Positions 24,394-37,400 of a stretch of 64,000 nucleotides of DNA are shown one piece after another; the stretch's first letter is position 1; each line of letters opens with the position of its first letter. Origin of the DNA: Spongospora subterranea f. sp. subterranea (lineage: Eukaryota); contig JAUGWO010000145.1 in the NCBI GenBank assembly GCA_049724395.1, positions 1-64,000 on the forward strand, written 5' to 3'. The translations under genes and the position numbers were made by a program. The notes below the pieces were generated by a model. That model had not been told where the DNA came from and did no database searches. It was given only the letters and a program-made list of their open reading frames with translations.

Positions 24394-25918
24394 ATGGACA
24401 CGGGAGCGGACGCGACCGTGAACTTGGCGGCGATCGGGGGCGATATCGCCAACGACGATAACGATGCGGAATCGTCGGTGAAGGAGGCGAATTCGGGCAA
24501 ACAGCGACGTCGGGTGTCGTTTCGCGATCCGGAGGTCGTCTGTGTTGGGTTCGGCGCTGAAAGAAGCCGAACTTCGGATGACGACGGGGATGACGCCAAA
24601 ACCACCTTTCAGTTCGGGGGGGACGAGTTCGATGTCTGGGACGATGTCGCCCGATCGGAGAACGGTTCGCTGCTCGATGACGATCACAGCTCGGTTGAGC
24701 AGGGCGACGAGGACCGGGTGGTGCCAGAGGAAAACGCGCCCGCGGTTGAGGGAACGACGGCGATCATCGCCGACCAGGGACCGGATGGCGAATCGCCCAT
24801 CGATGACGACAGGGCGCTAGGAACGCGGTTGCTGATCCCGGCGACCGACGATGACGAATGGGCCGCCGTCAATGAGTTTCGCGAACAGATCGCCAAACAG
24901 GAGGAGGATCGCCTGGTGAATTCCCCGGCCGGAATACGCCCGAAAGGGCGATGGACCCCGATCGGGTACAACGAAGCCAGGGACGTTCTACAGACGCTCA
25001 TCCTCGACGATGACACCGTCCTCAACAGGATCGAACGATTCGATTTCCGCCAACGCAATTGCCTGTTCCGGTTCGTCCATCAAGTCTTCGGACCGCCCGA
25101 TTTCCGCCAGGTCCACCTGCGTCAGGAGCGGGACTCCGTCTTCGCCATGGCCGCGACCCCGCTCGACACCGACGCGCTCGAGGTGCACGAGCGCCTGATC
25201 CAGAGCATCTACCGCGGTCTGACGGGCCAGACCGAGCCGTGTCCAAGGATGGGGCGTCATTGGGAGGTGATCGGGTTCCAGGGCGCCGATCCGGCCACCG
25301 ACCTGCGCGGCTCCGGTGTCTTCGGCCTCCTACAGCTCCTGTATTTCATGAAACAATCGCCGCCGTTACTGCAGCGAATCTTCACACTGTCACGGGACGA
25401 CCGCCAGGTAACGTGGGCTGACTCGCGGTTTTTGCGTTACACTCTGTCGGGCACCCCGGCAGAGTGTGGTCGAGTTTCGTTTTTTCCGCCCGGTAACGTG
25501 TTTCCCACATGTGTGGCACAGAGTCTGCCGTTTGCGGTGGTATCGTTAAACCTGACGGGTGTCTGTCTGAATGTGTTAAGGGAGACGAAGATATACTCGC
25601 TGTGCGTTCGCCGTAATTCCGTAATGGATACAATGGGGGTATTGTATATTAGCCTATATTATGACCTGTATTTGAGCTGGTAGGTTTTGACGTTCGCCCA
25701 GACATGATCTGTGGGTGTCGTTGATGAAACTGAGGTTTGTGTGTTTGTGCGACAGGAAGAACGAGGGGAAAACGATCATGGATTTCCCAGGGACCCGGAA
25801 CGATATCGAGAGGCGCGCTAGAGCCGATCCTGGCAAGTTGATCGCCAGATATGAGAGGAATAACGTGTCGCCATTGGAGTCCATCACATCGCCCCAAGAG
25901 TTTATACCTAATACATGA
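24394..25918 (+). CDS. ELMO/CED-12 domain protein (ELMOD family) with acidic N-terminal region
   Basis: HWEVIGFQGADPATDLRGSGVFGLLQL and LPFAVVSLNLT. Introns near 25408 and 25680. Confidence 0.88.
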
Positions 25919-26799
25919 AAAAGTCCATCAAAACTATGGTCAGAAAAAAAACAATCCGACATCGCAGACGCAATCGGTTTGGCACGTAGAACAGAGGGAC
26001 GTGATGCCATCAATGTTTTCTCGAAACAGCGACACTGTTTTGGTGAATAATGGACAGACCAAAACGGGTTCGGAGACTGATAATCGTCATTTGGAAATAC
26101 CCCCCATTACTCGAACAATGTGAAGACAAGAGAGGTGCCGCCAACCCGGGCCACCTTCGGGCTGGAGCTTCTATCTGGCCATTATGACCAATTCGCCTGC
26201 CGACCATCTCCACTCCCAGGACTTGATCAGAATTGCTTGGTTGTGCAGAACGATCGCCTTCCATCTGTAGCCAATCGGAATTGAGACCGCCGATTTCTTC
26301 ACAAACGAGTGATGGTGGTATTTTCCAAAAACCGAATAACAGTCACGAACACCAGCTTTTGTCTGTACATTATCCACAACGACAATGATTTTAATTCTCT
26401 GCATTTTGTCCCCACCGGACATAAAGCGAATTACGGACGGTCACAATGATTACCTACAGCATTTCCAGTGGTCCCCCCCTTTGCCAAGATCTCGAGGGCT
26501 CGGAGTGAACGGGTGCAAACTCGCCCTGCAGAGGGTAGTGTTGCGACTTTTGGCACCCGTCCACGTCGAATCCCCGAGCAAATCGGCATATGCTGGCGCT
26601 AGGAGTCCGGGTCGCCAGCGACACTTCAGCGCCACGAGTACATTTCCTCCCCATTACCTAACCCACTGCTACAACCGACGGCCAACAGCAATAGCAGAAC
26701 CGCCGCGTCTGCCACAATCGCAAAAATGTGCCACGTTCCGACCAGGCAATTCAAGTCCAAAACATCCGCAATCTGCGCTTTCAGGACGCCCTGACAGCG

Positions 26800-26920
26800 A
26801 TTATGACCGACGTTGCGGCGAGGTCGTAACGGATGGAACTCATTCGCTTGATTCCGACGGGGACAATAATTCCTTTTGCATGGATATTCTGGTAATCGAT
26901 TATTGCGGCATCGGGGACTA
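26800..26920 (+). mobile_element. Possible MULE/Mutator transposase relic
   Basis: VVTDGTH...ILVIDYCGIG resembles the MULE DxTH...LxIDxxGxG region. Short and surrounded by stops. Confidence 0.3.
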
Positions 26921-27283
26921 TACGAAACCTGGTGACTGGGAAGTAAAAAAATCAGGGAAGCCGTAGGCCTTGGGAGTACAAGAGGACGTCGCCCATTTTG
27001 TTTTTGCTGAAGCGTGCGGCCTACGCATAACATTGACCGAGCGTTGAAAGATCTAAAAACGACTCGAATGGACGTCCGCCGGTCCGGGTGTCCGGCATTG
27101 ACTGCCGAAAACAGGAAATGTTCCGACTAGTCCAGTGGGCAAACTGCGTGAATGCCGCAACCACCTTTGACTGTACCATGAAATGTACCTAACCTGACTG
27201 TAACCTGTCGAACCTCATGAATTTGGTTTGTACGTACGTACACGTTACGGGCGCATTTCTCTGTCATTTAGTCGTGTCTCGCC

Positions 27284-28003
27284 ATGAAGGCTGTTTGCGT
27301 CATCAAAGGCGAAAGTGTCAACGGACTGGTGACCCTCCAGCAAACAGCTGAGGGTGCTCCCACCACAATCACAGGTTCGGTTCGTGGATTGGTCCCGGTA
27401 CATTCCCAGCGTCACCGTCTGTCCATCTATCGCTAATGACCTGATGATAGGGGCAACATGGATTCCACGTGCATGAATTCGGTATCTGCAAATGGAAGCC
27501 AACAGTATTGTTGTTTCTAAGACTTTCCAGGTGACATTTCCCAAGGATGCACGTCTGCCGGTGGTCATTTCAACCCGCACGGCAAAACTCATGGAGCGCC
27601 AACAGATGTTGAACGTCATACTGGGGATCTTGGCAATATTACTGCTAACGCTGACGGTAGATCATATGTCCCACCTTGTCGCTTCCTACTGCTAATTTTT
27701 ATGTTTTAACTAGGCGTTGCCGACATTAATATTACCGATAATCAAATTGCGCTCATGGGTGCAAATAATGTAATGGGGCGAGCCTTTGTTGTACACGAAA
27801 GTAACTGGGACGACTATTTTTTCACGTCTGCAAAGTTCTCAGAGTTTCAACAGATGTAGATGATCTTGGCAAAGGAGGCCATCCACTTTCAAAGACTACT
27901 GGTAATGCTGGAGGTAACTTCTTTGACCGTCCGTAAATGTCTCTGTGTGATGAAGTATGCAGGGCGCCTCGCCTGTGGTATCATTGGAATTGCGGCGCCG
28001 TAG
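27284..28003 (+). CDS. SOD1: Cu/Zn superoxide dismutase (6 exons, absent from the ORF track)
   Basis: Manual splicing gives MKAVCVIKG...[39 protein letters not shown]...[15 protein letters not shown]...[14 protein letters not shown]. All metal ligands and both Cys are present. Confidence 0.95.
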
Positions 28004-28431
28004 TTTCTTTTAGTGCTCGCTTTTTCAAATACATCGTTGATTGCTAGGAATCCTTTACGCTCGGTTCCACAATAAAGTCGCAAGCTCATTTACTCATAAC
28101 TCAATCAAGTGGATTTTGTTTCACTATGGTCGATGCATATTTTGGGACGTTCTGAGCACCCTTGTGGCATGATCGGAGATCGTTGCCAATGCTTGTCAGG
28201 AGACAATGCCTCAATGCTCATTTCCATAGCGTGAATGCTGGAATAACAGTGTAGGGAGCTATGTTCACAGCAGTTTTGCAAAACGAAACCAATCGGTTGT
28301 ACGTACCTTCTTTTAAAGACATACTTATTGATCGTTTAGGAATGGGATTAATGTGCATACTTTGAAAATATAACCGTTTATTTTTTTGAATGTAAGCAGC
28401 TACAGTAGATGGAACAATTCATCGCCTGGGG

Positions 28432-31400
28432 TCAATCATCCAATTGAGTGACCAAAGCCACGCCACGCTGAACCCAGTGGCTGGCGGGGCGGTCAGTTGG
28501 CAATCGAATTGACATCACAAAATTAGTGGAATGTCCCGTTGTTGAAAGAATCCCTCGGCGTTCAGTTGTTTTGTACACTGGACAGTCGTACTTGTTTGCT
28601 GCATTAATCTCAGACGTTTTCATGGGATGCAACCATATGACGGGTGCCGGCGAAAAAAGAATTTTCGGTTCAGATTCCGCAAGCATACATGTCTCGTCAT
28701 CCCAACGTGCTCCCTCAAGGAATAAACCGTCAACGTAAGCGCCCTCTGTAGGACGGACGGCCAATGTGCCCTTTTTAACGAATTCAAAATCGAAACTCAC
28801 TTCGTCAATAGGAATAGCATGCTTCCTCGCAAAATTCTGTAAGTAATGGCTCAAATTTTATGGCCTTTGAAAGGAGGACACGCGAGCATTTACCTGGAGA
28901 ACACCTGTCAAAAACGACTGCGTGAAGAAGAACCCGGAGAACCAAAAAATGTCGGGGGCTATCCCAGTATCCATCCATTTCTGGAAATTTTGTAATCGGT
29001 TCATCAAGTCGCTGATGTAGCTCGATAGCGGTTTCATTGTCGGGTAAGAAACCGACAGCCATTTCTTGGGAACACACCCATTAAACAAAGAATCGCTAAT
29101 TTGTTCCAAATCGAATGACATCGCCATCAAACCAGCTAGGACAGTTTAGATTGAGGAGCAACATTGTTTCAGATTCACAAACCTAACGTCTTTTGAAGGT
29201 CGTTCATTGAGTTGCGAATCACAACAACTAGGCGATTATAACGAATCAGCTCTTGACGGAGAACAATATTCATGCTCTCTTTGTAGTTGACTGGAAATTT
29301 AGAATAGACACTGTCAAGATCAAACGGGGGTGGTATTTTGTAGACAATATCGGAAGAAATTTCTTTCAATATCAGTTCCTAATAATTTACATTGGTTACT
29401 TCCTAGCAACGCCAGGATTTCGCCAATTTACCTTTGACTTAGTCCCAGAAGTAGTGCTTCGAGCTTGGGTCAACAGAATTGATCGGAAAAGCGTTGCAGT
29501 CTCGTTGCGATCTTTCGTGATATCGGCGTTTTCATGGAGCCCAAACACTTCAGGACGGGCAAAACTGGGCAACGCCTTGATATGCTCCAAATAATCTGGA
29601 TATGACCCAGATAACGCAGGAACCTAATAGTTTAAAAAAGTTACTCGTAAGGCATATCGTATATTGACCGCTTCACCTGATATGCACCTAACGCCGACAT
29701 CGAAGCCCCTGCTTGAAGCATATCCGGCGATATGTATCTCAACAGCAAATTAGAGAGGGTTCGCCTGTCCCACTCTTCGGTCACCCGACCACCGTAGTTG
29801 CACTCTCCAACGAGATACCGGATTGCCTCGTAAGGTATAGACTCGATTGTTTCCGAACGCCCAACAAACATATGCAGCTGGCGTACGCTAATCCTTAAAT
29901 CGCTTTCGTTAAACTCGTATGGGATGTTCCAGCCCAAAGGCCCAAACGAACGACGTTCTTGAACTAACGCATGGAAAAAAGATAAACCAAATAATAGGGA
30001 GGCCCTGAAGAGCTCACATCAATCGTGTTGATTGAGCCAAAGGACGACGTTGGAATCTCTTACCATTGCGGTTGATGGTTAGTGCCACTGAAAAACTCAG
30101 GATCGCTGATAGGATCTCGCGAGTATGATGACAGTAGATTTGCTCGGAGTCCCTTCGGAGGTTCGTTGGTCATTTTGATGCCTTTTTGGAGAATGGAAAT
30201 TGGGAATTGCTCCGAAGGATATGATGTCAGCCACAGCCGGTAGTCAGCGTGAACATTTCCAACAGTAGTTGACTCAATTATTCGTTCTAGGGCCGTCATC
30301 CACGACACAGCCAGATGACAATTCTGCAGAATCACCCACGATCCTTTTGCCTGACCTGCTATAATTGCTGCTGCCGCATGAGGACCCTAAATTGGCAAAA
30401 GCAACTTAAATCGGAAGCGAGATCATTTCAGTTGTCCATACCTGCCCTTGGCCGAGAGAGATTGATTCAAGTTTGGAACTAAATCCAAGGTCAGTCGCGA
30501 ATTTTATTAGACTTGAAAACGGATCCTGAAAGTGACTCTTTAGTTAGAGTAACGCCAAGCAGTATTAGTTTGAGGCAATATACCGATCCAGGGGACAGAA
30601 CAAAAAGCAACGGGATTGCAGGGTCTGAATCTTTGAAGGCACCAGCCAAGTCAAATGGCGGCACCTCGATAAACCGTTGCCCAAGGGTTTCCCCAACGAA
30701 ATCTCTCACGGCAGGAATAACCTTATCAGGTCGCAGACACCTTAAAATGAGTAGTTTTTGAAATGATGACAGATCTAACAAAGATGTTACGGCTGATTTG
30801 TCAACTGGATGATTGAGTTTACCAGTTTGGAAACTTGATGGTAGACGAATCCGATGTGGTTCGGAACCATCAAATATTCTCTTCCAATCCATCCCATATT
30901 CATTGAATGTGGAGGCGAACGACGAAAATTCCGGGAACGACGCTGACAAACGACATATCTCTGCCCATGCTGTCTGTTGCAACCACGAAGGGAAAGGATT
31001 GGAAAGCGCTTGCGCACCGTCACTCTCAACGCCAACCCCTCCTGAACCGTAAACGCATTGGAAACAAAGATCTCAAACGAGATGCGTTGAATACCAGTCA
31101 TGAGGAATCTCCATTGATCATGGTTTACTGTGCCTTTGTTTTTCAAGATATTGACAGCAAGCAGGAACGAAAACAGCAGTTTATCTTTCTCGAATAACGA
31201 GCGACAAATTGCACAAAATAAAGAGAATGTGAAATAGTCATTGAGACTTTGCAATCGCGTCTCCAAAACATTACTTGGTTCACTACCCGCGATAGCTTTC
31301 TCATACAGTATTATAAACCACGCTAGAGAATACTGATACATAGGATCGATGTTTGCCAGATCAGCAATGCAAAAAAATAGAACTGAGGAGTGGGCAGCGA

Positions 31401-34400
31401 CAGGTTTGTATCCCATTCGTGCAACATCAATCTGAACACTTTGTTAGCATCGACTACAGTGCTTGGGTGCAATACCTCTTTTTCAGTCTTGTCTGCTACA
31501 AGTTGTTTTTCGGCAATATCATTCGATATGTTTTTCGACGCCGATAACACTTGGATGGCGCTTTCATCATCAAGAATGTTCCCTTCCGAAGAAGATAAAA
31601 CCTTTAGAATCTCGGTTTCGATTTCTTTGAGGTTTTTGCGATTTTCAGCGCTCTGAACTATCAAGCGATTCTTTTCTGTTTGAAGCTCAGGGCGCTCTCT
31701 AATCTTAGATGAGCCCACGTTATGACTTATACAGGTTGAAACTACCTTGCGACAATAATTCCTAGCAGTTGATCTTCAAGACCCGCCGGAGTAATCATGA
31801 AATTAATCAATGTAACTTTCGTCGAAAGTTCGGGTAAATAGTGTGGATTCCGCAACTTGGTTGTGATATAAAATCTGACATACGCTTAGGCAATAATCAA
31901 GACAAAGTTGCATAACAAACAGTACCTAAAATTTTCGGAATATTCGACTTCAGTGTCACCCAACTTGATTAGAGTAGCACCTCCTTTTTTATAGGTCTGT
32001 TTCAAAAGCACCGGTTCAAAGGTGGGATCGAGCTCTTCCCCAACGTTCTCCAACAGGCAAGGAATACCAAACTGGATCCCTCCTAAATTCGGTGGCAGTT
32101 CATCACCTTGCCTAGATCATAATTTTTCAAATTGATACCTTCAAGACGCCGAGCAAAATCCGCATCAGCCATTTTGAATATGATTAATTTCCTCTCACGT
32201 TCCAAATTTCTGATCCAAAAGTTGGCTTGCCCCTAGTTGAAAGTATCATTAATAGCTGAAGCCATTTACTTCAAAATGGGGCCAGATACGCACTTGCGGA
32301 TCGATCATTAATGGCCATCGTCGAGCTTTATCAATGATGATGGCGTTGTCAATGGAAAAGGCGTCATTTGGCAATCCGTCATTGGTCCATTGACGAATCT
32401 TGACCGAATCACCTAACAGATGATAAATTGGTTCAACAATCAATTGCAGCAACCTGCCCATGATGAAAGAACCTAATGCGTTTGCTAAAGAGAACCGTTC
32501 TGCGCATGAAAGTCCTGAAGCTTTACAGAGTTTTCTCCATGAATCGACACAGCTACTTCTATAAGAAGCAGTAAACGCGCCAAGATAAGCTATGACTCCA
32601 GATGCTAATATGACATCTCCGACAAGGTTCTCGTATTGGACGCCGAGATTAATAGCGGCTTCTGTCCAGCGATCCTTTTCACCGCCAAGCCCACCTATTA
32701 ATTGTTGGCCACGTAATAGCTTCTTGCCGCAAAGTTCAACTTGAGCCTCTAAGTCTGCCTTTTTCTGCTGCATACCTGCCAACGTGGACTTGAAGTTGGC
32801 TAATTTATATTCAACGCTGCTCAATTCTGCTTGCTTTGCCAATAAACCCTAAATGGACGACAAAAATTGACGATGAGACCACAAGAAATTTCGCCAAACA
32901 TACCTTCTCTACAATGGCGTATTCAGCTTTGGCTTGATCTAAGGCTTCACGTTTTGGACGGATAGTGTTAGCGACTTCATCATATTGATACATGGCGCGA
33001 ACCCAGGAGCACAGGCCAAACGCAGCTTTTGAGGCTTTTTTCACTGACCCCGGATCAAACAGAGGGTTCTCGATATACGTGGCAATTTTCTTAATAATTT
33101 CTCTAGGAATGTTATCCTTGTCATATGCTGACAGTGCTGACAGCAGCTTAGGATCGCTGAGAAGTTTCTTCTTAGCTGGATCCCAGTAGTCTTTCACCAT
33201 TTTCCCAGTGCTATCAGGCGTCCGTGTGGGGGCAATGTTCATCATTATACATACAGCTTCCATTACGACGAGGACTCCAGCTGGAGGGCTCTTCATGGCT
33301 TTGACTTCTACCAGATCATTTTTTGTCAGAGTGTTCAGTGCGGCAACCGCCGCCTCAAGAATGGGCATAGCCTGAGCAAGTTCGGCACCACATTCGTCTG
33401 CAATCGCCTTCGCAGCTGCGGCTTTCTCGTTAGCAACAGACTCTTCTTGCTTGACGCCAGCTCTTATTGCCTAAATGCAACTCCAGTTAGTTGTTCTGGT
33501 GATGAATCGTTCCAGTAAGTACTTCGGCTTCGATTGTTTCTTTATCAACTTGAACAATCATTTCGCTCGTTTCTTGCCCCGTTCGAATTAGGACAGGCCG
33601 CAATTCTTCAATCTCGACAAGCATTGCCTTTACCTATCGACAACGTAAACACCAAATCTGGAACTATACCGTAAAATTTTGCACAAACCTGGGCAGCAGT
33701 TGCTGCTAAAACTTGAAGGCCGACTTCATAGGTGTTCTTTGAGGTTGTTACTTGCTTTCTCTTTTCAGCAAGAAGTATTTTGAATGCCATGATAAGCTCT
33801 AAATATGAACTATACGAAATTTAACAACATAATCATAGGAAACCTCATGTTTTCTACGAGGGCGTTACGTAGCAGTTTCGGCGTAATTCTTGATAAAAAC
33901 GTTTTGCTAGATCATCGGCGCTTTGATGGAAATTAACACACATAGAGACACAGCATCTACGAGTTGAGTCCGGCAAATCAACATCGGCAAGGAATTCATG
34001 AGCCACCGTCTCTGAAAACCAGGCCTGAGAATCAACGGGCCAGATGAAGATATCAGACGACCAACCTAACGCATCTTGGGGCCATTTCTGCATCCAGTTG
34101 ATGGTACAACAATTTACGAACGAGGGAAACATTCTCAGACGAGAGCGAAGAGCATCTCCAATAGGAGACATGCACAGAAATACGTGAAGGTGCGCTCGAA
34201 CCATATCGATAAAAAAGGACATATATTGTTGCGGCGTCCCTTCAGCTCCTCGATGAGCTCGTTTGAAATTTGGCGCAACGTTGGCACAAATTTCCGCACG
34301 CTCTTCCAGTGGAAAAAGGTTGGGAACCTGATCGATCAGTGCTGATTAGCCATTTGTTTTGTGAAAGCCTATACTCTGTTGCCTCACTTCTCCTGAATTC

Positions 34401-37400
34401 AAGATGCCATTTATATCTTCTAAGAACTCTTCATATTTTATCTGCAAATCGGTGAAGAGGAACACTGTAGGTATCATTTTCTCCCCTGCAGATCTGAGAA
34501 CTTTTTTCAGATCCTCACGCCATTCAGTTATTCCATAATTTTTTGACATTTCGACTTGGAAAACCTATATCCAGAACACACTGTCAGCGGGGCGACGGGC
34601 ACATACGCTCGGTATGCAGCTGGACCTTGTATCCAGAAACATGAGCGGCAAGGCGAGTTAACGATTGACGGCCTGTTCCGCCAACACCGACAAGAAGAGC
34701 ATGTCCCCCAGGTTGTTTGAGAATACGGGAGAGTCTAGAAATATGTTCTAAAGCGTATCTGAAGAGAACTAAGCGCATTGACGAACTACATTGCTGATTG
34801 TAGTCATCTAAGTGAGCCATAAACACTTCGCGCATATGAATCAAATCTGGGATTTCTTCATACGGCTTCCTCGACCCCTTTTTGGTCAGGAAGTCCCCGA
34901 ACAACAAACCCCGAACCTATATATACGTTTTGAGCATAAGGCAATACCCTTACCAAATATGGACTAACTTCATCAAGTGTATCGACTTTGCCGTCTCCAT
35001 TCTTATCAAGTCGCAGCAGACATTGGTCGAAATCTGCATTCAAAGTTTTTGTGCAAGCTGAACGAACCCATTTTAAAAACTTGATGGAGTCGTCATCGTC
35101 AATAAGTCGATCAGCAAAAACGCGGTGAATTTCATGAACCCAAAGTCGAATCTGCGGAAGTTGTCACAGTTAGATTCAAGACTTCATAATTTATGGATTA
35201 CCCATTGCGAATCTGTCAGATATTTCATCCGGATGAGACATGCAAATTCCACGAATGACGCTTGCAAAGTCACGAAGATTGAAAGTGTAATGCGACCTCG
35301 TTGGCGTGGGTAGTAACTCGGATATTGCCGTCAAAAATATTGAGCGAGTGGCGTCAACGATTTTGCTGGCAAATAGCGCAATATCAGGCGCGAATCCCTT
35401 GCCTATCACCAAAATAGACCACGTCACAAATTTTCTAATACCATATTTACTTTGTTACCCAAATGCCAGAGAAGAATTGTTCTGAATATCGTGTTGAGGT
35501 TGTCATTATCAAATGGTGTCATTGAAACGTGGTTAAAATGTCGTGTTAGTCGCGTAGTGACAAAGTTTCGCCCTCCACCTGCAGGACCCATTGCCGCCAA
35601 GACGGTGGTGTCGATTAAATTACGGAAAGATGCATCGGCAACGTCGTACCTATACCAGATAATGTTCATTTCATATATCTGTCCCATAATGTCAAGGTTT
35701 ACCATCCCCCGTGATCGATCAACTGTCTAATCAGCTCGATTGGTAATTGTGCACCGAAAACTTCAGGTTTTGGCATGTTCAAATCATCAATGAAGACGAG
35801 GGCATTCCTGCCGCCTGGAGATCCAAAAACGCCTTTTCTTTTTCTTTCCTAAAACAAAATCAGATAAATGCGAAACTATGAACGCTTTGATACCATCTTG
35901 GCGTCAATGATTTCGCGAGTTTGCGATGCAGTCGTTTGAGCAGAAAAGTTAATGAGCAATGGAAGGAAAGCCTCTTTATCTAGTTGTGTTAGAGCCTTTC
36001 CAACGTATGCAGTCTTCCCAGTTCCTGTTGGGCCGACAAACAGTCCAGGAATTCGATTACGAGCGAACAACTGAGCGATGGCGCTATATCGAGCTGAATC
36101 AATAGTTGGTACAATAATTTCTTGAATCCTAGCATCTGGCTCTATTTGAAAACTTGTTCCGGTTGCATTCGGGTCACCTGACCAGTTTACCCAACTAGAA
36201 TTGGTCCACAAAACGTCGTACATTAAGCATTTATCTGGCAATTTGGCCTATGTTGATCATTGAATAATAACATTCGAAGCATGACACATATCGCCAGGAT
36301 ACCTGAAGTTTGGCTTCATTAGATATAGTTCGAATAGTAGCGTCAAATTCTTGTCTGCCGCTGAAGTCTACACTAGCTCCAACTGACCAAATCAACGAAA
36401 AGACGAATAGTCCTTCCATATCTCGCGAACCTGCAAAACAACTATGTAAGCGTAATACAGAAAACCTTGTATTCTCACTTAAACTTACCAATAACGGATT
36501 TCGACTCCTTTAGCGAAGCTTTGAAAATTCTGAACATGCTAATGACCAGATTCATATCGCTTGTAGTACAATATTCAGTACATTTTCGCCGAACAAGCTG
36601 CAGAACAATATTATGTAAGAAAATGCGACATGAAAACTGATAATTCTGACTTCAAGGCAAGTAGGAACGAATCGTTTGAAAAGCAAAGTAAATTGTTCCG
36701 CATTGAACGATTCCATTGACGACATTGATGTTAGCCAGGAATCAAGCAATGGCTTAATGCCGAGACATTGCGGTTCTACATAAACCATGCCACATCTAGA
36801 AACAGTTGCTGGAGATGCTACAGCCAAGTCGGCCACCTAGGTTACAATATCAGTTGAATTTTTAGCCCATCACAGTTCAGTACCTACCTCAAAAATCATG
36901 TTCATTGTTGACGACATTTGAATGATTTCACCAGACATTAAGCATAGCTTCTTATTATCATCAAGAACAGTATTCATATTTTCGATCCAGAGGGTATCAA
37001 CGGGACCATCGAAGACGATCTGTTATACTTACTCAGTCTACGTAACTTTAGTCAAATAGTGGACGAACCCATTTTTTAGAAGGCGACTCTAGCGAAGCCA
37101 ACCGCCTAAAATGTATCGAAAGGACACCGTCTTTCCATTCATGTGATACAGCATCGAATTGACCTGAACATCTAACATTAAAAACGTATAGAAGGGCCGC
37201 AAGTGGTTTGAATACCATAAATTTCATTAAGTGTGATAGATTTAGGATTAATTGTAACCACTTCAACAGTGTCCGATTCTTCACCAAGTTTTGACAATGC
37301 AGATGATAAGATTCTTATTGCAGACGTTTTTCCAGAAAACGGTTGTCCAACTAACATTAGACCATGCCGCACCTTTATCATCTCGTGAAACTGCAGAATT

